Source of the DNA: an uncultured virus (IMG/VR IMGVR_UViG_2897118514_000003)
Taxonomy: Duplodnaviria; Heunggongvirae; Uroviricota; Caudoviricetes
Virus record (IMG/VR): IMGVR_UViG_2897118514_000003
Span: 62,001 to 124,254 of that record
Length of the DNA stretch: 62,254 bases
Reading direction: 5' to 3' (one strand)
Under the pieces are notes generated by a model. It had not been told where the DNA came from and searched no databases. It saw only the letters and a program-made list of their open reading frames with translations. Positions 52,825-61,005 of this stretch are shown here, one piece after another (positions within the stretch are counted from its first letter, which is position 1; the number at the start of each line of letters is the position of its first letter). The position numbers and the translations under genes are program-made.

Positions 52825-55059
52825 TTGAGTGACAATCTAATTCCAGTAAATACAATGGGCTATTATGATGAAGAAACCAAACAATGGATACCTATTGACG
52901 CTGTAGCTTTAAAATCAGAGAATTATAGGTTTACTGCAGATGACATCAGTCAAAAATTTAATAAAATTGGCGATATAGACGCTATTAAAGCCACAGGAAA
53001 CACACTGTCTGAAAAGATTATTAATGAATTTAATTATAGAGGAATCAATATTTCCTGGTTAGGAGCCAAAGGCGATGGGACAACTGATGACTCTAGTGTG
53101 TTTTCTTCCATAGAATCGACTTACCAAGATAAAGTGTTTGATTTGGCAGGTAAAACATATGTCGTTAATAGCTTTCCGAATAAAAATAAATACTTGAACG
53201 GTTACTTTATCATTGACGGAAATAAATATTTCTCTGGATATGTATCATCGTTTCAAACAGGAAATTCAAATATCATCATCGGGAACAATGCTGCTAAAAA
53301 CTTCCGACCAGGAGATCAATATAAAGGTATTGCAGGTCATAATATTATCGCTATCGGTGAAAATGCACTTTCAAATGCAAGTGAATACACTAAAAACACT
53401 ACAGCAATAGGAGCCGGAGCACTATTTAATAATAAATATGGCGTTTATAACTTGGCCATTGGTTTACAAAGTCAATATTATGTTACCGGTGTACAAGGAG
53501 ATGCTTTCAAAGGGACTCGGAATACATCTGTGGGCGATAATTCTATGCGCTTTAACAAAGACGGGTATTCTAACGTCGCTATGGGTAGAAACGCTTTACA
53601 GACAAATGAAAAGAGTCTTTGGAACACTGCTTTAGGTGCTGCTGCAATGTCTGGGTATGCCCCATTAAACCTGGACAGTAAAACAATTATAAATAATTCC
53701 CCTCAAACTGCCGGATACCAAGTTGCAGTCGGAACTAACTCCCTTTATTGGTCAAATGGAATTGGCAATGTGGGAGTGGGAGTAAACGCTGGACGGGAAA
53801 TTAAAAATAGTCAGCGGAACGTTGCAATGGGTTACTATGCTATGAGTCAACTCGATTCTGATGTCTCATTCGAAGGAAAGCAAAGATTCTTCCCTAGTAT
53901 TCAAGCAGGATACACTTGGATAGGTCAAGACATCACCCTTACACATATTGGTCACACCTTTATTGTTGGCCAGAACTTGTCTTTAGCATTAGATGGTGGA
54001 GAGAAGTTTTCTACTACGGTTAAGAGCATCACTGTGGATACCTTCACAGTAAGCACTACACAGACCGCCCAGAATGAAATCTCTGGTATGGCTCAAGTGT
54101 CAGAGTATTACACGACTACTGGAACTTACGTATGGAAAGACAATAATATTCAAGTCTCCATGGGGAATCATCCTTTCCAAAATGGATATAAAGTTTTAAT
54201 GTCAGTAGGTGGACGGGAAGCTATTTACTTTACTGTCGCTAATTCGACATCCTCTGGTTTCACTGTCTCTACAGATATTATCGGAGATGAATCAGGCGCA
54301 GTAAAAATCACAGAGTACTCCGACACTACACCAATGGCAGTTAATTATGATAATACAGCTATTGGTGTAAAGGCTGCATGGAAAATGAAAAAAGGTAGTT
54401 TTAACACTGCTATCGGTGGTCTTTCACTCGAAAACAACAAAGGCGATTATAACACTGCACTTGGCTACATGGCTCTTAAAAATAACACTACAGGAAATCA
54501 AAACACTGCATTAGGATATGGTGCATTAAGATTCACAACTGGTGGAGATGAAATGAAAGATATAAGCAACTCTACCGGCGTTGGTTTCAATTCAAGGGTT
54601 TCTGGAAGCAATCAGATTCAACTTGGTGATGGAAATTCTACTCCATACTCATTTAATGCACTGCAAAATAGGTCTGACCTCCGTGATAAAGCAGATATTC
54701 GAGACACAGTACTAGGCCTAGATTTCATAAATAAAGTCAGACCTGTTGATTATAAATGGGACATACGTGATGAGTATGTTGAAATTAAAGAAGATGGTAC
54801 AGTAATCACCCATGAGCGAGACGGTTCTAAAAAGAAAAATAGATATCATCACGGTGTTATCGCCCAAGAAATTCAAAAGGTAATTGAAGCTGAAGGTATC
54901 GATTTTGGTGGTTTCCAACACCATGAACTTTCTGGTGGCGAAGATGTAATGTCAATTGGTTATACAGAATTTATTGCTCCTCTAATCAAGGCTGTACAAG
55001 AGCTTTCAGCAAAAGTTGAAGAGCAAGCAAAAGAAATAGCCGCTCTTAAGAAAGCATAA
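52825..55059 (+). CDS. YomE-position tail spike / receptor-binding protein with C-terminal autocleaving chaperone (S74)
   Basis: GAKGDGTTDDS, many NTAxGxxAL beta-roll repeats, SDLRDK cleavage motif, HGVIAQEI, terminal coiled coil. Confidence 0.85.
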   Translation: MSDNLIPVNTMGYYDEETKQWIPIDAVALKSENYRFTADDISQKFNKIGDIDAIKATGNTLSEKIINEFNYRGINISWLGAKGDGTTDDSSVFSSIESTYQDKVFDLAGKTYVVNSFPNKNKYLNGYFIIDGNKYFSGYVSSFQTGNSNIIIGNNAAKNFRPGDQYKGIAGHNIIAIGENALSNASEYTKNTTAIGAGALFNNKYGVYNLAIGLQSQYYVTGVQGDAFKGTRNTSVGDNSMRFNKDGYSNVAMGRNALQTNEKSLWNTALGAAAMSGYAPLNLDSKTIINNSPQTAGYQVAVGTNSLYWSNGIGNVGVGVNAGREIKNSQRNVAMGYYAMSQLDSDVSFEGKQRFFPSIQAGYTWIGQDITLTHIGHTFIVGQNLSLALDGGEKFSTTVKSITVDTFTVSTTQTAQNEISGMAQVSEYYTTTGTYVWKDNNIQVSMGNHPFQNGYKVLMSVGGREAIYFTVANSTSSGFTVSTDIIGDESGAVKITEYSDTTPMAVNYDNTAIGVKAAWKMKKGSFNTAIGGLSLENNKGDYNTALGYMALKNNTTGNQNTALGYGALRFTTGGDEMKDISNSTGVGFNSRVSGSNQIQLGDGNSTPYSFNALQNRSDLRDKADIRDTVLGLDFINKVRPVDYKWDIRDEYVEIKEDGTVITHERDGSKKKNRYHHGVIAQEIQKVIEAEGIDFGGFQHHELSGGEDVMSIGYTEFIAPLIKAVQELSAKVEEQAKEIAALKKA

Positions 55060-55167
55060 TAAATTTTATGTATTTCTTTTAGGAGGTGGTTATGTTCTAG
55101 ATAAAATATAGATTTTATTCAAAATACATACTTGAAAGACAGAGATAACAAGAGCATACGTGAGATA

Positions 55168-55203
55168 AAGAGAGATTGGGTTTAGTCCCCTTCTCTCTTT
55201 TTT
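55168..55203 (+). terminator. Intrinsic terminator
   Basis: AAGAGAGA..GGG / CCC..TCTCTCTT then TTTT. Confidence 0.6.
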
Positions 55204-55232
55204 GTGCTCAAATTTAATTATTAGGTGGATAG

Positions 55233-56267
55233 ATGGCAAGAAAGATATCAGATTATCATTTAAAAAAACGTGAAGAAACTCAAAAGAAATTTATTGATTT
55301 ATTAGCTCAGAATAACTACATTCACATTTCTGGAGACATGGTAAATTCAAAAACAAAGGTGAAAGTCAGATGTCCACATAATCACACATGGCAAGTAAAT
55401 TACGAACACTTTAAAAAAGGTACTCGTTGTCCAGAATGTAGGATAATTGAAGGCTCCCTTAAAAAAAGGCTTAACTTAAGTACTGTGAAAAGTAGATATG
55501 CCCTTAAAGGCTATGAGATTTTAAGCACCTATAAAAACTGTCATTCTAAACTAAAAGCTAAGTGCCCTGAAGGACATATATGGGAGCACCTTCCCAGCAA
55601 CTTCTTTAAAGGTGAAGAGTGTTTTCAATGTAAAGGTGCTAAAAAATACACTGTTGAATGTGCACAAGCAGCTTTTTCTGATCGTGGGTTTATCCCTTTA
55701 TTCGATACATACCATCACAATAAAGAAAATCTCCCTTTTCTATGCAAGGAACATATAGACTTAGGAGTTCAATATGCTCCACTTCATAACATGGTAAGAG
55801 GTTTAGCAAACTGCAGAAAGTGTTATTTACTTCTTTTCACAGGCGAAAATAGCTCTAGATGGAAAGGCGGTATTTCTCCTTTAAATAAAACTTTAAGAGA
55901 AGCTGTTTATGAAGTTTGGACTAAACCCTCATTAGAGAAATATTCATTTAAATGTGCAATAACAAACTCTACAAAAGACCTTCATGTGCACCACTATAAA
56001 AAGAATTTTAGCGAGATTGTTAAAGAAACACTGAGCAATTTAAGTTTTGAACCGCAGTCTAAAATTGGCGATTTTACTGTCAATGAGCTTGAGCAAATTA
56101 AAAATGAATGTGTAAGACTTCATTTGAATTATGGACTCGGAATTCCTCTAACTAAAAAAATCCACAATCTTTTCCATGAAATTTATGGAACATCCAACAA
56201 TAATGAGATTCAATTAAACGAGTTTCGAAATCGCTATGAAAATGGTGAATTCGAGGCTCTTTTTTAA
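55233..56267 (+). CDS. Free-standing HNH-like endonuclease with tandem Zn-ribbon repeats (yomD position)
   Basis: Three CxxxH/CxxH..CxxC repeats, WKGG linker, CAIT...LHVHH...IPL..IHNLFH. Confidence 0.7.
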   Translation: MARKISDYHLKKREETQKKFIDLLAQNNYIHISGDMVNSKTKVKVRCPHNHTWQVNYEHFKKGTRCPECRIIEGSLKKRLNLSTVKSRYALKGYEILSTYKNCHSKLKAKCPEGHIWEHLPSNFFKGEECFQCKGAKKYTVECAQAAFSDRGFIPLFDTYHHNKENLPFLCKEHIDLGVQYAPLHNMVRGLANCRKCYLLLFTGENSSRWKGGISPLNKTLREAVYEVWTKPSLEKYSFKCAITNSTKDLHVHHYKKNFSEIVKETLSNLSFEPQSKIGDFTVNELEQIKNECVRLHLNYGLGIPLTKKIHNLFHEIYGTSNNNEIQLNEFRNRYENGEFEALF

Positions 56268-56290
56268 TTAGAAATTAAGGAGATGTTTTT

Positions 56291-57394
56291 ATGTCAGTTT
56301 TCACTAATAGCTACATTCCAGTCAATAAGTATACTAGACCAGGTTTGAAATTACAGGGGGTGAAAAAATGCGTCCTCCACTATACAGCCAATCCGGGTGC
56401 CGGGGCAGACAATCACCGAAGATATTTTAGCAATGCGCAAGTTTATGCGTCAGCTCACATTTTCGTTGATAAAACTGAAGCAATTTGTATCATTCCGTTA
56501 AATGAAGTAGCTTACCATGCTAATGATATTCAGCAAAGAGATAGTGCCGGAAATCCTTATCGAGGAGTTGCTGCGCTGAAACCTAATGCTAACTTTCTTT
56601 CTATTGGAGTTGAAATGTGCCTTGAAAAAGACGGTTCATTCCATTCAGATACAGTTGAAAGAACTGAGGATGTGTTCGTTGAATTATGTAATAAGTTTGG
56701 TTTAGATCCTATTGATGATATTGTTCGTCATTATGACATCACCCATAAGAATTGCCCTGCACCATGGGTATCTAACAGCCAAAAATTTGTAGACTTTAAA
56801 AATCGAGTAAAGGCAAAAATGTCAGGCAAATCTGTTTCAAAAGCTTCTCCAACTAAACCAACAACCTCCTCCCCTTCCACTTCCTCAGCAGCAAGTGGTT
56901 CACTAAAATCAAAAGTTGACGGTCTTCGCTTCTATTCAAAACCATCTTGGGAAGATAAAGATGTTGTCGGTACAGTAAATAAAGGCATTGGATTTCCTAC
57001 AGTTGTTGAGAAAGTTAAAGTTGGATCTGCCTATCAATACAAAGTTAATAACTCTAAAGGCGCTACATATTACATCACTGCTTCTGACAAATATGTTGAT
57101 GTTACAGGATCAGTTAAAACCTCTTCCTCTGCCCCAAAAACAACATCAACTTCTTCAAGCTCCTCATCTATTAAATCAGTTGGAAAAATCAAAATTGTTG
57201 GTGTATCAAGCGCTGCAATCGTAATGGACAAACCTGATCGAAATAGTTCTAAAAATATTGGCACAGTTAAGCTTGGAAGCACTATTTCAATTTCTGGTTC
57301 AGTTAAAGGTAAAAACAATTCAAAAGGTTACTGGGAAGTTATTTATAACGGTAAACGTGGATACATCTCAGGACAATTCGGTTCAAAAATTTAA
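56291..57394 (+). CDS. blyA: BlyA N-acetylmuramoyl-L-alanine amidase endolysin
   Basis: 367 aa; LHYTAN, SAH, AYHA, IGVEMC, RHYD..KNCP; Ser-rich linkers, SH3-like tail. Confidence 0.93.
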   Translation: MSVFTNSYIPVNKYTRPGLKLQGVKKCVLHYTANPGAGADNHRRYFSNAQVYASAHIFVDKTEAICIIPLNEVAYHANDIQQRDSAGNPYRGVAALKPNANFLSIGVEMCLEKDGSFHSDTVERTEDVFVELCNKFGLDPIDDIVRHYDITHKNCPAPWVSNSQKFVDFKNRVKAKMSGKSVSKASPTKPTTSSPSTSSAASGSLKSKVDGLRFYSKPSWEDKDVVGTVNKGIGFPTVVEKVKVGSAYQYKVNNSKGATYYITASDKYVDVTGSVKTSSSAPKTTSTSSSSSSIKSVGKIKIVGVSSAAIVMDKPDRNSSKNIGTVKLGSTISISGSVKGKNNSKGYWEVIYNGKRGYISGQFGSKI

Positions 57395-57411
57395 TTATAT
57401 TCAATTATCTC

Positions 57412-57453
57412 GGAGGATATTTGCTGACCTCTCCGAATTAGCGAATATCCTCT
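57412..57453 (+). terminator. Long hairpin after blyA
   Basis: GGAGGATATTTGCTGA-loop-TTAGCGAATATCCTCT then TTATTTT. Confidence 0.65.
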
Positions 57454-57510
57454 TTATTTTAGGAGGTGATGTAATGTCACCTTTCTATTATCATTAAAGG
57501 TTGGTGACAA

Positions 57511-57903
57511 ATGGATAACTTTGAGCAAAGCACCATTTCAAGATTAAGTGCACTAGAAGAAAAAGCTAAGCACACTAATAACAAGATTGACTCTCTTGAA
57601 GAAAGAACAAATGTTATCGGTCGTATAGCTACACTTGTTGAGCAACAAGTCGAAATTAACAAAGACTCTCAAGCACAATCAAGAGAACAGTTCAGTACTC
57701 TTAACGAAATGAGTAACAGTTTAAAAAATCTAAGCAAATCATATGAAAAACTGGACAATCGAGTTGAAATATTGGAACGCTCTGATTCTACTCGTAAAAT
57801 TGATCCCTCACAGTTTACTAAAGACCTTGTATTCAAGGTGCTACCAAGTGTGATTGCAACTATTGTCGGTGCATGGTTGCTCATACATTTTGGCCTTAAA
57901 TAA
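57511..57903 (+). CDS. XhlA/BhlA-like lysis-associated protein
   Basis: Coiled coil plus C-terminal TM, between endolysin and holin. Confidence 0.65.
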   Translation: MDNFEQSTISRLSALEEKAKHTNNKIDSLEERTNVIGRIATLVEQQVEINKDSQAQSREQFSTLNEMSNSLKNLSKSYEKLDNRVEILERSDSTRKIDPSQFTKDLVFKVLPSVIATIVGAWLLIHFGLK

Positions 57904-57923
57904 AATCAACAGGAGACGATTAA

Positions 57924-58175
57924 ATGACTAAAATCAACTGGAAAGTAAGACTGAAAAAGAAGACATTTCTTGTTGCAATTTTCTCTGCAACGCTGTTATT
58001 TGTACAAGCAATTGCCTCTGCTTTTGGGTATGACTTAACTGTATTTGGTGACAATTTGACAGAGAAATTTAATGCACTTCTAACATTTTTAACTGCAATG
58101 GGTATCATTGTTGACCCAACAACTCAAGGTATTTCTGATAGTGAACAAGCAATGGATTATGATTCACCGAGATAA
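57924..58175 (+). CDS. Holin, phiLC3 family
   Basis: KINWKVRLK...GIIVDPTTQGISDSEQA. Confidence 0.9.
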   Translation: MTKINWKVRLKKKTFLVAIFSATLLFVQAIASAFGYDLTVFGDNLTEKFNALLTFLTAMGIIVDPTTQGISDSEQAMDYDSPR

Positions 58176-58179
58176 AACC

Positions 58180-58214
58180 CCTACCCTTCTCTTAATCGAG
58201 GAGGGTATTTTTTT
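58180..58214 (+). terminator. Late operon terminator
   Basis: TACCCTTCTC-TTAATC-GAGGAGGGTA then TTTTTTT. Confidence 0.75.
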
Positions 58215-58299
58215 CGTTATTTAAGATAACATTAATCTTCCTTATTCATTTAAATATGATAAAATATTACATATTTAGATATTTAATATAGGAGGGCTT

Positions 58300-59439
58300 G
58301 TGTTGGAGCAGATGATCTCTTCTTCTAAAGTTGGAGTGAAAATAAATGAGTGGTATAAATACATAAGATTATTTAGTGTCCCAGATTCGGAAATATTGAA
58401 AGCTGAGGTCGAGGAAGAAATAAGGCATATGAAAGAAGATCAAGATTTATTGCTGTACTATTCTCTCATGTGTTTTCGCCATCAGCTGATGCTGGACTAC
58501 CTTGAACCAAAAACATTGAACGAAAAACGACCTAAAATTTCAGACTTATTAGAAAAGATCGAAAGTAGTCAAACTGATTTGAAAGGGATTCTTGAATATT
58601 ATTTTAACTTTTTCCGGGGAATGTATGAATTTGAACAATACGAATATCTTAATGCCATAAGCTTCTATAAGCAAGCCGAGAGAAAATTATCACTTGTTGC
58701 AGATGAAATTGAAAGAGCTGAATTCCACTATAAAGTTGCAGAAATTTATTATCATATGAAGCAAACACATATGTCGATGCACCACATTGTTCAAGCAATC
58801 GATAGTTATAAAGCACATGAAAACTACACTGTAAGAGTTATTCAATGCTCATTTGTTATCGGACTGAACTATTTGGATATGGACTACCCTGAAAAAGCGA
58901 TCCCTCATTTTAAAGATGCTCTAGATAAAGCAAGAGAAATCGATATGTCACGATTAATCGGATCATCTCTTTACAATCTCGGCTTATGTTCCTTTGCTGA
59001 GGAAGCTTATGAAAAGGCATCTGAGTACTTCAAGGAGGGCATTAGAGTATATCAGGATAATGGGTATGAACATTCAAATCGCATATTAGATATCTTACTT
59101 ATGTTGACAAAAACCACTTTTAAAATGAGAAATCACTCCGAGGGAATTTCTTGGTGTGCACACGGTCTGTCTTTGTCCAAAAATTTAAACGATGAGATTA
59201 TGGTAAAAATGTTTGAATTCATTCATGCCTTATATGTAGATAATGACAATGAAAAATTAAATTCAATTCTAAATTATTTAGAATTAAAGTCAATGCTTTC
59301 AGACGTGGAGGATTTAGCATCAGATGCAGCGAAGTATTACAATGAAAAAGAAGACCATAAAGTGGCTGTTGCTTATTATGAAAAAGTGCTTTATGCCCGT
59401 AAACAAATTCAGAGAGGGGATTGTCTTTATGAAACTTAA
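58300..59439 (+). CDS. rap: Phage-encoded Rap phosphatase/regulator
   Basis: SSKVGVKINEWY, EDQDLLLYYSLMCFRHQLMLDYLEP, TPR repeats; overlaps phr start. Confidence 0.93.
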   Translation: MLEQMISSSKVGVKINEWYKYIRLFSVPDSEILKAEVEEEIRHMKEDQDLLLYYSLMCFRHQLMLDYLEPKTLNEKRPKISDLLEKIESSQTDLKGILEYYFNFFRGMYEFEQYEYLNAISFYKQAERKLSLVADEIERAEFHYKVAEIYYHMKQTHMSMHHIVQAIDSYKAHENYTVRVIQCSFVIGLNYLDMDYPEKAIPHFKDALDKAREIDMSRLIGSSLYNLGLCSFAEEAYEKASEYFKEGIRVYQDNGYEHSNRILDILLMLTKTTFKMRNHSEGISWCAHGLSLSKNLNDEIMVKMFEFIHALYVDNDNEKLNSILNYLELKSMLSDVEDLASDAAKYYNEKEDHKVAVAYYEKVLYARKQIQRGDCLYET

Positions 59440-59590
59440 GCATGCATCTGTCTTTATTTTAGCCATTGTTTTAATTGGATTTGTAAGCACTTATTTAACT
59501 AACACTCAAAAAGATGTCCAAGAAGCACGCAGAGGACATACAGCCAGTATTGGTTTTACTGATGGTCATTCGTATGAAATTGCAAGCAGA

Positions 59591-60940
59591 GGGAGTGTAA
59601 TATTAACTGTGTAAGTAAGGAATGCGTACGGTTCCTTACTCACACAGTTTTTTATTTGATAGAATAATAAGTATAAAGCTAAAGGAGTGGTTTCAGTGGG
59701 GAAATTGAAAAGAGATCCGAACTCCGTAGAATTAGCTAACAAGATTATCGAACAGTATCAGCCTAAATCAGTAGAAGATATGCAAGAAGCATTAAAAGAC
59801 ATATTTGGTCCCATGTTTGAGTCAATGCTAAAAGGTGAAATGAATCACCATTTGGGCTATGAATCCAATGACAAGGGAGAAAAAGAAACAAGAAATAGAA
59901 GAAATGGATATGGCAAAAAGATCGTGAAAACAACGGCAGGAGAAGTTGAAATTGCAGTCCCCCGTGATCGTGATGGTTCATTTGAACCGCAGTTGATTCC
60001 AAAGCGTAAAAGAGATGTATCCTCTATAGAGGATAAGGTCATTTCGATGTATGCCAGAGGAATGTCACAACGAGACATTTCTTCCACGATAGAAGACATC
60101 TATGGCTTTTCTGTATCTCATGAAATGGTATCCGACATTACGGATACTGTACTTCCTAATTTAGAAGAGTGGCAAAATCGTCCCTTAAGTAACTGTTACC
60201 CTTTTGTGTTTGTCGATTGTCTTTACACAACCATTCGTAATGACTATGAAACGAAGAAGTATGCCGTTTACACAATACTAGGATATACCATAGAAGGTAA
60301 AAAGGACATTCTAGGTTTGTGGTTGAATGAAACGGAAAGTAAACATAAATGGATGCAAATTTTTGATGAAATCAAATCTCGTGGTGTAGAAGATATCTTC
60401 TTTCTCTCAATGGATGGCGTTAGTGGTCTGGAAGAAGGAGCACGTGCGATTTTTCCTGATGTGACCGTACAGAGATGTATTGTTCATTTAATTCGAAATT
60501 CGATTAAGTATATACCAAGTAAAGACTACAAGCCTTTTACTGCTGCCTTAAAGAAAGTGTATGGAGCTCCAAGCCTTAAGGCTTGTCACAGTGCATTTGA
60601 ATCTTTTGAAAAGCAGTGGTCTACGTACCCTGGAGCTGTAGACGTATGGAAACGAAACTTTTCGATTATGGTGGTAATATTCGTAAAATCATGTACACTA
60701 CAAATGCCGTTGAAAGTATCCACTCTAGCTTTCGAAAAGTCACGAAAAAAGGAGCATTCCCCCATGAGAATGCCCTATTAAAAATATTGTTTTTACGAAC
60801 AAAAGAATTAGAAAAGAAATGGGATGGTGGACGCATCCAGCAATGGGCTATGGTCATGAATCAACTATTAGTTCATGACCACCTAAAGGAACGTGTGAAG
60901 AAATATCTAGAATAACTTACACACTTTTCTTGACAAGCCC
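59591..60940 (+). mobile_element. IS256-family insertion sequence, 1350 bp
   Basis: 26-bp imperfect TIRs GGGAGTGTAATATTAACTGTGTAAGT / GGGCTTGTCAAGAAAAGTGTGTAAGT; 8-bp TSD CAAGCAGA at 59583-59590 and 60941-60948. Confidence 0.93.
59687..60915 (+). pseudogene. IS256 transposase, frameshifted near 60660
   Basis: RNGY, VPRDRDGSFEP, DG, QRCIVH in one frame; YTTNAVES with the catalytic E only in another frame. Confidence 0.88.
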
Positions 60941-60973
60941 CAAGCAGAGGACATACTTCTTAATATGTTTTTC

Positions 60974-61005
60974 TTATCCCCCTCCAAATTGAGGGGGTTA
61001 TTTTT
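60974..61005. terminator. Terminator between phr and convergent uvrX
   Basis: CCCCCTC-CAAATT-GAGGGGG then TTATTTTT. Confidence 0.7.

Larger units (their letters stand above)
349..55118. repeat. Dispersed palindrome WTAAAA-N6-TTTTAT at gene boundaries
   Basis: Exact copies at 349, 6071, 7305, 8533, 23481, 36251, 40110, 55101; degenerate at 7694, 8231, 40768. Confidence 0.8.
59429..60963 (+). pseudogene. phr: Phr pro-peptide with tandem RGHT peptides, interrupted by IS256
   Basis: Signal peptide, RRGHTAS (59528-59548), then EIASR|IS|GHTS-stop (60949-60963); as written it ends SRGSVILTV at 59614. Confidence 0.88.

Noticed and set aside
41681..57394. Numerous 60-170 aa antisense or alternate-frame ORFs inside late genes
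   Set aside because: Shadows of long coding sequences with no RBS or recognisable motifs
60616..60915. Programmed frameshift or separate second transposase ORF
   Set aside because: IS256 transposases are single ORFs and residues appear missing at the junction, so a deletion is more likely
58180..61003. Sublancin cluster expected between lysis genes and uvrX in SPbeta
   Set aside because: Absent; the slot holds rap-phr and the IS
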